From Octopus bimaculoides (Eukaryota), in assembly GCF_001194135.2 (NCBI RefSeq), contig NC_069000.1:31468133-31532132 (forward strand): 64,000 nt of DNA. The letters run 5' to 3'. A model generated the notes under the pieces. The model was not told where the DNA came from. It saw only the letters and a list, made by a program, of their open reading frames with translations, and did no database searches. Position 1 is the first letter of the stretch. Each line of letters opens with the position of its first letter. Of this stretch, positions 1 to 13,416 are shown piece after piece. The translations under genes and the position numbers were made by a program.

Positions 1-156
1 AACATACAGAAAATTGCACTACTGGGTACTGCACACATTCTACGCAAAACACTTTCAATACAGTAAACATAAGAGCACCACAGCACATACCCAAGGCGCA
101 CAGAGCTGCGCTCGGTAGTGAAGTGAAAGCAAGTTATAAAAATAAAACTACTGAAC
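1..156 (+). mobile_element. 3' end of R4/Dong-type RLE non-LTR retrotransposon (ORF C-terminus, 3'UTR), subfamily D
   Basis: 1-66 translates NIQKIALLGTAHILRKTLSIQ*, the typical C-terminus of RLE LINE ORFs; ~90-bp UTR then (AAT)n tail from 157. Confidence 0.8.

Positions 157-225
<69 letters not shown>
157..225 (+). repeat. (AAT)n microsatellite: LINE tail and target site
   Basis: about 23 perfect AAT units between two LINE fragments. Confidence 0.95.
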
Positions 226-765
226 CCAGGGAGAAACGCTATCTCCACTCCTTTTCTGCTTGGCACTGACACTTTTATCTGATATGCTAAAAAGAACTGG
301 ATGTGGATACAAATGTTACGGCAAAACAATCAGCCACCTCTTACATATAGATGACCAAAAACTGTACGCTACAAATGATAAACAGCTGGAAACATTACTA
401 CAAACAGTACATGGATCTACCAAAGAAATAAACATGAAATTTGGCTTAGAAAAATCTGCCAAATCAACCTTGAAAAGAGGAAAACTAGTTAAGAGTGTCC
501 ACATTACACTACATAAAGCAAATGAAATAAAAGAATTAAACCAAAGCCAGACACACACATACTTAAGAATCAATGAACAAGATACGATACAATACGTACA
601 AATGAATGCGAAGAAAAGTTTACTAAAGATGAGTCAGATTAATACTGAAAACAGAGCACAATGCGAAAGACAAGTTAATAGATATCAACACACTAGCCCT
701 ACCATTTATAAGCTACAGCTATAATATTCTTAACTGGACTCTAAATGAACTCATCAAAATAGACA
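226..765 (+). mobile_element. 5'-truncated RLE LINE reverse transcriptase fragment (pseudogene)
   Basis: QGETLSPLLFCLAL...ISHLLHIDDQKLYA...MKFGLEKSAK (RT QGxxLSP and YxDD-like motifs); after a frameshift YSYNILNWTLNELIKID. Confidence 0.85.
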
Positions 766-1981
766 TTATTANNNNNNNNNNNNNNNNNNNNNNNNNNNNN
801 NNNNNNNNNNNNNNNNNNNNNNNNNNNNNNNNNNNNNNNNNNNNNNNNNNNNNNNNNNNNNNNNNNNNNNNTTATTATTATTATTATTATTAATATTATT
901 AATATTATTATTATTATTATTCATTGCACTGGCTATTGAAGTATTAGGGGGAAAATATACCGTTCGGATTGGAAAACTTTGATATAGGGGGTGGGGTGGG
1001 GGTTGATTTGTTATGGCTATTATTGCAATCAGGCTGTGATCGAGATATGCAAGATTCAAATCCCCTATAGTATGGTGATGACCGTTCTAATACTGTGATC
1101 GTGAATGAAATAAAGTATTAACCATATTCATATTTTATTGCACCTTCATGCAGAAATGTATACATACACACAATTACACAATCTTACTCACACACATACA
1201 GTCTTACACACACACACACACACAAAGTCTCGCACACTGGGACACACACACACACACGCACATACAGATATATATTACACAAACATACATACATGCACAC
1301 TCACACATATAAACATATATATACAGATACGAGTATAAAGAAATGCCCTTTAATGTAAACAATGCACGGATAGTAAATGGATTGTGTAGTATGAATTACA
1401 ATAATATGATAAAATCTATTTGGAAAATTTTAAATTTATCAAATTCTAAATTGAAACAATGAGTTTCACTGCTCCGATCGTCAGGAGAATATAAAATTAA
1501 ATCAAAATCGATAAAGACATTTATATACAAAATAGTCATATGAACAAAAAAAAAAAAAACTACCGTGTGCGGTGAAGCGCTGAACTAAATTAGTTTGGGG
1601 CATAATCACTGAACCGTTAGATATTTCTAAATAATTCAGCAAAAATTCAGATTCAAGTCCAGGTAAACAATAAGGCCTGGAGAGAGTATTTTGAAGGGTT
1701 TCCTTTGTAACAATAATTGTAGCTTCGTAGGGATGCGAGCAACACGCGTGCTCACACACACAGATACATACACACACTCACACATACACGTATTTACATG
1801 CCTGTGTGTGATGCGTATACGTACACACACACCCATATATACACACACACACATATATACATGTGTATACATATACAATGTACATATACTTTTATATATA
1901 TTATTTATATATGATATATACATATATATATATATATATATAGCTATATAAAATATATATATATGTGTGTATGCATGTATG

Positions 1982-2295
1982 TATGGCTGTGTTGTAAGGA
2001 GATTGCTTCCCAACCACATGGTTCCGGGTTCAGTCCCACAGTGTGCGTGGCACCTTGAGCAAGAGTGTCTTCTACTATAGCCTTGGGCCGACCAATACCT
2101 TGTGAGTGGATCTGCTAGACGGAAACTGAAAGAAGTCCGTCGTATATATTTACATGTATATATATTTTGTGTGTGTTTTTTGTCTGTGTCTGTCCCCCCA
2201 CCATCGCCTGACAAACGATGTTTGTGTGTTAATCTCCTCGAAACTTAGTGCTTCAGCAAAATAACCGATAGAATAATTACTACGCTTATAAAGAC
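1982..2295 (+). mobile_element. tRNA-derived SINE, family 1
   Basis: head ggctgtgttgtaag...ggttccgggttcagtccca (A/B-box-like), internal TA/TG tract, partial tail; homologous to 22165, 31490, 44070, 61365. Confidence 0.85.
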
Positions 2296-3333
2296 CTAGT
2301 GTCAATTTCTCATGTATATATATATATATATATACACATATATATATAAGATATAGAGATGAAAAAGGAATTAAGAATTATTGTTTATTCTTTTGTCATC
2401 TCATGTTCTGATTACCGCTCAGCACTCGACTAACGCTGCATTGTGAAGCATACGTATATTGAGGTGTACTCCAGGTTATTGGAATCGCAATGCTTAAGCG
2501 ATATATATATATATATANNNNNNNNNNNNNNNNNNNNNNNNNNNNNNNNNNNNNNNNNNNNNNNNNNNNNNNNNNNNNNNNNNNNNNNNNNNNNNNNNNN
2601 NNNNNNNNNNNNNNNNNNNNNNNNNNNNNNNNNNNNNNNNNNNNNNNNNNNNNNNNNNNNNNNNNNNNNNNNNNNNNNNNNNNNNNNNNNNNNNNNNNNN
2701 NNNNNNNNNNNNNNNNNNNNNNNNNNNNNNNNNNNNNNNNNNNNNNNNNNNNNNNNNNNNNNNNNNNNNNNNNNNNNNNNNNNNNNNNNNNNNNNNNNNN
2801 NNNNNNNNNNNNNNNNNNNNNNNNNNNNNNNNNNNNNNNNNNNNNNNNNNNNNNNNNNNNNNNNNNNNNNNNNNNNNNNNNNNNNNNNNNNNNNNNNNNN
2901 NNNNNNNNNNNNNNNNNNNNNNNNNNNNNNNNNNNNNNNNNNNNNNNNNNNNNNNNNNNNNNNNNNNNNNNNNNNNNNNNNNNNNNNNNNNNNNNNNNNN
3001 NNNNNNNNNNNNNNNNNNNNNNNNNNNNNNNNNNNNNNNNNNNNNNNNNNNNNNNNNNNNNNNNNNNNNNNNNNNNNNNNNNNNNNNNNNNNNNNNNNNN
3101 NNNNNNNNNNNNNNNNNNNNNNNNNNNNNNNNNNNNNNNNNNNNNNNNNNNNNNNNNNNNNNNNNNNNNNNNNNNNNNNNNNNNNNNNNNNNNNNNNNNN
3201 NNNNNNNNNNNNNNNNNNNNNNNNNNNNNNNNNNNNNNNNNNNNNNNNNNNNNNNNNNNNNNNNNNNNNNNNNNNNNNNNNNNNNNNNNNNNNNNNNNNN
3301 NNNNNNNNNNNNNNNNNNNNNNNNNNNNNNNNN

Positions 3334-3366
<33 letters not shown>

Positions 3367-3421
3367 GTATATATATGTATGTATATACATATGTGTGTGT
3401 TTGTGTATTTATATGAATGTT

Positions 3422-3457
3422 TATATTAAGGGCTGTGTAGTGCGCATATTCAAAATG
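3422..3457 (+). repeat. 36-bp direct repeat copy 1 (possible TTAA-flanked DNA transposon end)
   Basis: tatattaagggctgtgtagtgcgcatattcaaaatg, identical to 7748-7783. Confidence 0.8.
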
Positions 3458-3710
3458 TCGTAGTTCATTAGTCACTCAATTGCGCACGCTGAGGCATGTA
3501 TAAAATTTGCTTCAAATATTTTCCGTTGCTCTGATGTTGTTTATTTTCTGTTTTCAAATCAGTATTTACATGGATAATGGTATTTAATATCACTTGTGCT
3601 TATATACCCATACCCGCATCCACACACCTAAACCCACTCGTATACACCTACGGACAGCCATATAAATGAATAGATCATGATCCATTTTATATTACCATAG
3701 TTAAAATATT

Positions 3711-3791
3711 CTCATTTTGTTTTCTTTTTTAGGTAAGTCTTTTGAAGAAAACTACACGCTATTCTGTTCTGCAAATATGCTTCCGGTAATG
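3711..3791 (+). promoter_or_regulatory. candidate recursive splice site / RS-exon
   Basis: CTCAT branch-like motif 3711-3715, T-rich tract 3715-3730, AG 3731-3732 followed directly by GTAAGT; second donor CCG|GTAATG at 3786. Confidence 0.5.
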
Positions 3792-5823
3792 TGAACATTT
3801 ATTTTACTGTTCCGGTCTCTTCATTAATCTTCAGAACATGTGATTTATATGTTTTCTTTTCTCTTTCCTCATCTTTAAAAACCATGTAATCCTCGCACCC
3901 CTTAACATACCATTATTCCTCAAATTCTATGCGTCCATGATGCTTTCCTGTTCTAATTGAATTCTTTTATTCAATATTTCCTCTATACTTACTGTTGATT
4001 TTGTTTGTTTATTTCTAGAAAATTACATGAATGAATTAGAATATCCATTCCTTATATAAGTAGTATTCTTGTGTATAAATTGAAATTAGGATGCATGCAG
4101 CCCAAATGTTTAATACGCCAAATAGACAGCGCAAATAACATAGATAATCGATAAAGAAATGCAACATTAACATATATATGTGTGTGCCTATATGTATGAA
4201 AGTGCATTTTGTTTCATATATTTCTATGATATGTAATACATATACACGCACGTACATGGAAGTATACACACACAAATGAGGGCGTACACATACACACACA
4301 TACAATATCATTAGGATTTTTTCAACAAGAAAATCGTATGAACAGTAGCATTGGCCATCATCTTTGATTGCAGACCTTTCATGACTAGTGTCCATATGTT
4401 CTGGAATATATACATACAGGCAGACATATGCATACATACATAAATTGACATATACGTACTTATATACATATATTCAATCACACATACATACATACGTGCT
4501 TAGATACATACATATGTATACGTTAATATAATAGTTAAACGCAGAAAACAGATTCATAATCCGCAATCTTTCCTAAAATCATAAAAAGTGTTTGTTTTTT
4601 TTTCTCCTACTACAATATTGTATACCACATACAATTAGAATACCTGTACAGGTACAAACACTTGCGTTTCTTGAATAGTCATTAGAGGAAATCTTTTCCA
4701 TGAATGTTATAATGCGTAATATTCTGGCTTCTACTGGATGTTTTAGGAGGAAAGACGATTGAAGAAGTTTCAGATTAATTCAAAAGCATTAGCATGTCAT
4801 ATGGTATTACTAAGAAAGAGACAGCATTCGCTAAACAGGAAAAATATTTATGTTAAGTGCTTAAAACGATAGAGAACGACACGCAGAAGGGAATCCAGCC
4901 GGGGTGGCACACTTATGCTTTATCTCACAGCATGAAACCTCTTCTTTCTTCGAACTATTTATACTATTTTTCTTGGCGGAGATCATTAACATTTTCCTTT
5001 GATTCTACTGTTTTACATAAATTTATTTCATTAGTCGTGGTTCGGCGGTCTGTCGAAGCTATACTTTCCTCACTTTTCCCGAAGTGAATGGACACATGCT
5101 CGAGGCATGCGACGTAAATATAGACAAATCATTATAACCAAGTAAGCGTCTACTACATAGCTACTTCACTGGCTTGCTTTAACTGCCAGCTAACTCTCTA
5201 ACCATAACTCAACATCTCAAAAATAAACCATCAAACAAGAAAGAGAGGAAATACATCTCTGATATTATTGCAACTGTTGTACCTGTAATTTCAATGAACT
5301 ACTTAAGCTCTCATTCAATTGTTTATGTTACTATTGAGAATGTCGAGAAATAATCATCGAAACACGATGCAGAAATATCAATAAACAATGGGCATCTGAC
5401 GCAGTATGAGCTCCGCCTACTATCCTCTGAGACCAAAACAATCGCAGCCACCACGCATGCTGGAAAGAAATGAAAAGAGGTAACGATTATCAATAGGAAT
5501 ACATCGTTTTGGATTGTGTATTTGACGTAGTAAGCAGCAAAATATCCAAGAATGGCCAATGACAGTTCTATGTATATATGCCACAAATAAACATAGATCA
5601 AATATTTACGTCGAACTACGTTGTTGCTATACTACCAACTTACAAGAGGTCACAAATTGGTAAATCGCTCTTTAGAACAATAAGAGCAATAAAAACAGCT
5701 AAGACAAAATGTAGGCGGTTGCTTAGTTAAGTGCAAAAAAATGTTGGTTTGATCAATGAAAACTTTCCACTTGTGCATCATTTTTAGAATGTTTATGTCT
5801 GCCTCTGGGCAATATGCCAGGGC

Positions 5824-5882
5824 ACATACATACATACATACATACATACATACATACATACACACATACATACATACATACA
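5824..5882 (+). repeat. (TACA)n microsatellite
   Basis: direct reading. Confidence 0.9.
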
Positions 5883-6972
5883 AACATAAACACGAACATA
5901 TACACTAATATGTGTCCGTGTGTACATGTTAATAAAATATACATATTTGCATGCATATGCATATTTGCATACATGGATGTTCATACATGTATACATGCAT
6001 TCACATTGTACGCATTCAATGTTTCAACACACAAGTAAAAAATGGACAGACAACACTAAAATACTTGCTGGCAACCATACATACGGAAACCAAACGGACA
6101 ATCGCACTAAATCAGATTTCCACTCATAAACACATGCTTACATCATTTACATCGACGCATATACGCACGTATCCAGTTCTATTAACATAAGTCTTTCTTG
6201 CAGATATATTGCTTCAGAATAATACCTCACAATCTCAAGTGCAACATACGATATCTTTCCCAAACGCCATGTTATAATCACGTGATCAGGATGTTGGTGG
6301 CCATTTGCTTTTCGCATCATTTTATTTATAGACTATTTGAGTTTGTGTATGTGTATATGTGTGTGAGTTTGTGTGTATATGCTTGCGTATTTCTTTACTC
6401 TCAAATATTAAAATTGATTTCCTCATAGAAAGCTAAATTTTGCTGATCGGCAAATATTCTCATTGATCTCACTCATCGATTAACTGACGCCACAACCTTA
6501 ATCTAATGCTTTCTCCTCCTGTTGCTTCTACTTCCTGTGGTTACTGTTGCTATATTTTCTGTTCTCTTTTTTTATCTTTTGCGCAGCAGAAGATCGTGTT
6601 GTTGTTCTTGTTGCGGTCTTTAAAATGTCAATGATTTGTCAGTATCGTTTTAAATTGGCAGCGTTTGATGTTACTGTTGGTTGATTTTAGCCCTAGTTTA
6701 TCCTGTATTGAGTAAAATTATTATCAAAGGCGTTCCAATATTGGCCATCTTGATTCTTATTCAGACCTTTTGTTTCTAATACTACACTAAGCAATGTAGC
6801 TTTAGGTTATTTTTGTTAGACAGCAGAAGGAGGCGTAAGGGCGGTGATGGCTTCCCTTTCTCGAAGGCAGGACAGGCACGTACAGATTTCTTCTTTGCTT
6901 CGTTGTTATTGATTAAAGTGATACTGAGTATGTTTCTGCTATTGTCTTGTTCAAGGTATTCTTCTCAGTCGT

Positions 6973-7028
<56 letters not shown>

Positions 7029-7228
7029 TCTTCTTCTTCTTCTAGTAGTAGTAGTAATAGTGGTGGTAGTAGTAGTGGTATTAGTAGTTGTAGTAGCAGC
7101 ACTTTTGATCTGCCCTGTTTCATTCTTGTTCTGCTCTTCCTGCTTCTTCACATCCATCCACGTCATCGCATTTACCATGTTTCTCCGACCTCTCTATTCA
7201 ATCAGCACACTAAACCAATGTCACCACC

Positions 7229-7291
<63 letters not shown>

Positions 7292-7325
7292 GCTACTGCT
7301 ACTGCTACTGCTGCTGCTACTGCTC
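6973..7325. repeat. compound trinucleotide arrays (CTA)n-(TCT)n-(TAG)n and (CCA)n-(CTA)n-(CTG)n
   Basis: direct reading; source of the spurious poly-T/S/L/Y ORFs. Confidence 0.9.
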
Positions 7326-7747
7326 CCGATATCGATGGTTTTACTGCTACTCATCCTAATCCTGGTTCTGCTCGATTTTACGGAAGTTGCGAATCCGAAT
7401 CAAACATACATTCACAACATGATATTGCGATTGGTGCATTGACAGTTGAGTGTCTTGGCCAAGGATCTATTACAGTGAATTATTACCTATATACAACTAG
7501 CTGCCTTGTTGAACATGTTTCTTGGATATAGGCATACTACAGTGAATTATCTCACACAGCGCAGCGCATAAGTACTATGAAGATTGAGTGGATTGCTGAC
7601 AGTTAACCATTTTAGCTATGGACACAGTACAGAGAATATACAACACTGTTGTTTCTATATATAATTAAATTTCCTGGATTATTGATAGTTAAATTACTTG
7701 GTTGTGCACACGGTACATTGAATCATATCACGCTACGGGATCTAGCA

Positions 7748-7783
7748 TATATTAAGGGCTGTGTAGTGCGCATATTCAAAATG
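7748..7783 (+). repeat. 36-bp direct repeat copy 2
   Basis: identical to 3422-3457. Confidence 0.8.
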
Positions 7784-8658
7784 ATATGATTTAGGTATCA
7801 TGATCAGTACTTATTTATAACCAACCGAAGTAGATTATTTCCATAGTAGTATAGTGATATGGGTAAAGTATATTTACTGACTGGAGGCTCAATTGGAAAT
7901 GGACACGTGACTGTGGGGACAATGCCTCTAAAGTATAGGACTTTGATTTGAATATAAGAGTAAAATGTTAGGTCAATAAAAAGGTGGTGTGCCAAAAGCA
8001 GCGTGTTGCTCTCATGAAACATAACTTTGCGGCTGAAATTCTGTACATTCAGTTTTATTTATAGGTCTGATTTTTATAGGGATGTACTGTTGAATGAATG
8101 TAGTCAAGCGGAAATTGACAATGATAATGCTTCTGGAACTGGTACTACAGTTACCTATGATATTTTTCACATACCGTGGGATTTTGTGTACAAAGGTTCT
8201 TTCTCAGAAATACTACGGATCTATTAAACACTTAAATAAGCGTCCTAACACAGCATTTGAAAAGAGGCAAAACGGCATATTAACTACCATACAAGATAGA
8301 ATTTCGAGTCATTGACATCATTATTTCTTCGAGAGGAAAGGAAAAATACCACTGCCGTGACGATTAGCATCAAACAGAATTGTTACAATAGATTCCTTTG
8401 AATCTTCCGTAATGAGTTGAAAACTTAAACAAAACCCTTCTAAAATGTGTTGCCTATAGATATTAAATCTCGAAACGTAACAGGATTTTTACCGCAGTCC
8501 AATTTTTAAATCTGATTTTAGCAATGTTATTCATTATAAAAGTATTTCAGTATTATTTGCAGCATTTTGCTAGAAATATCGAGAACCAAGATATCTCTCA
8601 AATTGGCATGCCATTAACGAAAATACATCTTATTGTCTGATTGTCTAGAGACAAAAGA

Positions 8659-8704
<46 letters not shown>

Positions 8705-8989
8705 GTATATATATATACATACATACATACATATATATATNNNNNNNNNNNNNNNNNNNNNNNNNNNNNNNNNNNNNNNNNNNNNNNNNNNNNNNNNNNN
8801 NNNNNNNNNNNNNNNNNNNNNNNNNNNNNNNNNNNNNNNNNNNNNNNNNNNNNNNNNNNNNNNNNNNNNNNNNNNNNNNNNNNNNNNNNNNNNNNNNNNN
8901 NNNNNNNNNNNNNNNNNNNNNNNNNNNNNNNNNNNNNNNNNNNNNNNNNNNNNNNNNNNNNNNNNNNNNNNNNNNNNNNNNNNNNNNNN

Positions 8990-9047
<58 letters not shown>

Positions 9048-9519
9048 ACACACACACGCGTGTATGTGTATTTATGCTCACTAGCTGGAGCTGTGAAAAC
9101 TTCACCGAAAATATCAAAAATGTAAGCATCTGTAAATTTTGTGTTGCTGCCATGGGAAACGCCTCTATATTATGATACAGTAATATCCAATATTGTCTGA
9201 GGATCCAGTAATTAATTACACTATCGGAAAGTAATTAATTATATTGTAGGAAAGTAAAAGTAACATTCAATATTTGCTGTGGTTATGTATCAGTCTAATC
9301 TGAAATATAATTATAAATATTTGAAAACACAAAACAAACGTCACCTTCCTTTCAGTCAACACTTACTCTCTGACTCACCCCTTCTCTGTCCCTCCTCTCT
9401 CTTGCTTTACCGTTCACTTCAAATATCCCTCCTCTGTTTAACATCTTTTATTTTCATTATTTTCTACCTCTCCCTTCAACTGTAGAAAAGTAATAGTAGC
9501 ATCCACATGTATTTGCTGA

Positions 9520-9541
9520 GAGACAGACAGAGAGATAGACA

Positions 9542-9614
<73 letters not shown>

Positions 9615-9684
9615 TGTGTGTGTGTGTGTATGTGAGAGACAGAGGGGCAGACAGACAGAGAAACAGACAGACAGACAGACAGAC

Positions 9685-9730
<46 letters not shown>
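9520..9730 (+). repeat. compound (GA)n-(GT)n-(GACA)n-(GATA)n microsatellite
   Basis: direct reading. Confidence 0.9.
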
Positions 9731-12700
9731 ATAGGCCATTGTTAGGACTGGATTAACACCCATAGTGACCCTAACGACTAAAAAGATTTTCCTAGCCCTG
9801 TATTTGATCTTTTTTTCGTCTCCTTCCAGACCCTTGAAGGTTTATCTTGCTCCAGTCCACTCAGCTAGCCAAAATTAGTTGTAGCTGTAATTCAAAGGGG
9901 CCAGCCTTGTCATATTCTGTGTGAGGCTGAATCTACCTGAGTACTACGTTAATGGTATGCATGTCTGTGAATTACTCAGCCACTTGCGCGTTAATTTTAT
10001 ACTGGTGTGGTAATGAAAAGTGACAGTGACATCCTATATTTGCTGTAGTCATATGTCTTTGATTTACCAATGTATCTATGTATCTACTTTTCTTCTGATC
10101 TATGTATCTACTTTTCTTTCGATGTATGTATCAGTCTACTCTGAAAATACTGATATTTTCCCTCTTTTCCTTTCAGCCACCACTCACTCTCTCTTACTTT
10201 TCTCCTTCTCTGTCACTTCCCCTCTCTCCTTCCTCTCTCTTGCTTTGTACTTCTCTTTCTTTGTACCGCACCCTTCAACCTTTCTACCCCTTCCTTTGAA
10301 GTAAGTGTGACACACACTACAGGTACGTACAAAAAAAGATAATGAAAAGTTAAGTGTATTAATATTATTGATGAGTATATTGTTTTATTCTTGCATTTGT
10401 ATCAATATTCCTATTTATGAATGAATAAACCCATGCAGCATTTGTTTGCAAGTAAGTAAGGTTAATTTGGTTTGTGTCTGTGTTTGTGTGAGTGAGAGAG
10501 AGAGAAAGAGAGAGAGAGGGGGGAAGATAGAAGAAGAGAGTGAGTTATGTTTGTGTGTACGTGTGTATTACATTAGTAACACACCTATGAGGAATATGAA
10601 TGTCTTTTTATTGGGGGATTTGCTACTGTTTCCGGTGTTCCTCTTTATGCTTATTTTAAAACACGTGTTTCTAAATCTTTTTGTCCATTTAGGATTCAAG
10701 TCATCCACACACTGTGGTTCACAAATAAGAGATAGTGATAAGGGCGTGTTCTTCACGTTCTTTGTAATAGGCTGCAAAGTATTACGGAAAAAAAGTTTAT
10801 AACTAATAATATCATCAGCGTTAGATTTACAGATTTCACAACAATAATGACGTTTTAAAATTTGGGATTTAATATCTATAATCAAATAATTTTTACAGGA
10901 CTATGCTATTTTTCATTAAATCAGCTTGAAATAGAAAAATTTTTTTGCCTAAACCAAAAACTAGAAAACAACAAGCACATTAATAAATTACTGGATGAGA
11001 CCGTGGAAAAATAAACTAATGAAATCACGCAGACTGTTAGAACAATAGCTGCATTTACTGAAAATACTCAAATCACTTTATATGCTCTAACGATAAAAAG
11101 CATATTGGCTACAAAATGAACAATGCCATTGAAACACTCCTGAGATATATATCCCAATTAACCCCAGACTAAACGCTGAACCATATTACAAAACCATCAG
11201 AAGAAGCTTTTTATCAACACGAAACCAAAAATGGCAGACGACAGAATTTACAATTTCAGTGTCAACATGAATGTTATAAGCTTCATAAACTGAAATTTTA
11301 TATCAAACAAACAGATAGAACACTTTCTCGTCGGTTGAACATACATCTGCAATTCATTTCGTTATGTAGTGAGGAAGTTCGTTTCGCTGTAATGTGGTTT
11401 CTAGTCCAGTCCCATTGAAGGATACCTTGAGTAAATCTCTTCTACTATAATCCTAGACCACCCAGTGTCTTCTATGGAGGAAACTGGATGAAATCCAGCA
11501 TATATATGTATATATGTGCATATATATATGTATGTGTTAGTGCGTGTGTATGCGTGTGTTGCATATATATTTACGTGTGTGTGCGTGCATGTGCGTGCCT
11601 GCGTGTGTATTCATGTGTGTGTATGTCATGGTATTTTTTCACCAACTTGATAACCAAGGTTGGTCTGATTACGTCCTTGTATGTTAGCGGTTTGTTAAAA
11701 GAGATGTGTAGAATAAATACCAGACACACTTGAAAGAAAAAAAGTAGGTACATTCTAGGACCAATTACATCATCTAATTAGTAGTCTAATTACTGAAACG
11801 AAATAAAAAGGAATAAAAATTGATACTGAGCAAGAAATAAAATTAGATTTTAAAAAAAGAATAATTTGGAGCAGTACTGTTATATATAAACACCCCCATC
11901 ATCGCCACATGGAAAAGCAACATGGCAGTTTTATCAGTAGAAATTATAAATAAAATACGATCTCACGTATACACCAGGCCTTAACTAAATTATAAACTTT
12001 ATCAAGATTTAACCACTTTAAATCCGGGGATCACGATTTTATGAACTGTAATTCCATTGCGATGTGAAGACACCGAATATCATATAAAAACACACTAACT
12101 ATCAAGCTCCAAAGAACTTAAAGGTTAGAAGCAAGGTGGTTTGTATTCATAAAATTACTACACCCTTGATAAACAGCATATTCTTCACTATATATTGAGT
12201 ACACTTTACACTTTTCGTTTACAAAATATTGCATGTAAATTCATACATGTATACGGATATAAAAGAAATGCAAAAAGTACACACGAATTTACATGTGTAT
12301 ATCTATACTATAAAAGACAGATTTTCTGTGTGTGTGTGTTTGTGTGTGTGTGTGTATGTTTAAAATTCATACATTTACACAATTCCAAATTTCTTCGAGT
12401 AAACAATCGCAATTAATACAATTTGTTAGGTTACTGCGTCATTTTTTCAATCCAAAAATTTCCTAATAATGAATAAAATCCATAAAACTACAGGAGTAAA
12501 CATTTTCTCCCTAATAAAATCTAATTCCTCTTTCTAATACAAATCCTTTCAACTCCTACCTTCTCTTATGGACCTTTACGAACAATCCAACAACAAATAC
12601 AAAAAGAAAGGAAGGAGAAAAAGAAAACTATTTCAGTATCAAATCACGTTTCGATGCTGTAATGACAGATGCTAAAACTACATACAAAATTACTTTGCCC

Positions 12701-13028
12701 CTCTAAAATTAACTATTTCTATTCCTCTTACACATCGTTTCAATTGCTACTTTCTCTTATGAACGTTTACGACCGATCCAAGAAAAAAGACAAAGAAACG
12801 AATGAGAGTGAGAGTCAAATAAACAGACACACTACCAATCATACGTAAATACACACATATATATGTACCTATGGTTACCAATGACCTCATTCTAATTGGC
12901 GGGAATTGTAAGTTTACTATCCAATTCTAACACCGTCCTTTACCAGCGAGACATCATTCTCAAATACGATCAACAAACATTTATTCCCTACAAACTGAGT
13001 TTTTTTTAAAAATCTTTTCGTAAATCTT

Positions 13029-13114
13029 GAGATTAACACCCGCATCATTACCTACCTAACCCTAACAAATCCTAACCCTAACACTGTAGTGAAAATCGTA
13101 CGGGTGTTAATCTG
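13029..13114 (-). mobile_element. TIR-bounded mini-element with telomere-like CCCTAA repeats, copy 1
   Basis: gagattaacacccgca ... tacgggtgttaatctg (14/16 inverted match), internal taaccctaa units. Confidence 0.7.
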
Positions 13115-13416
13115 AAAATTTAACAATCTTTTTTAAAACACTTTTACTTACTAACATCTTTTTTATTTAGTGTGTGTGTTGCCCATATATATNNNNNNNN
13201 NNNNNNNNNNNNNNNNNNNNNNNNNNNNNNNNNNNNNNNNNNNNNNNNNNNNNNNNNNNNNNNNNNNNNNNNNNNNNNNNNNNNNNNNNNNNNNNNNNNN
13301 NNNNNNNNNNNNNNNNNNNNNNNNNNNNNNNNNNNNNNNNNNNNNNNNNNNNNATACACTTAAGACTTAGTTGTGGGCTGGGAGTTTGATCGGCAGAGGT
13401 CATTATTATTATTATT

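Noticed and set aside
5280-5420. Possible GIY-YIG remnant (IVYVTIENVEK..ETR)
   Set aside because: Catalytic motif not preserved; chance similarity cannot be excluded
8058-8230. Open frame after tttatag acceptors (DVLLNECSQAEIDND...HIPWDFVYK)
   Set aside because: No convincing donor and no family resemblance
9740-9990. Probable additional SINE-like repeat
   Set aside because: No second copy or clear A/B boxes within the window to support a call
12560-12800. ~45-bp imperfect direct repeat (ttctcttatg..tttacga..atccaa) about 190 bp apart
   Set aside because: Only two diverged copies; not an array and not CRISPR-like
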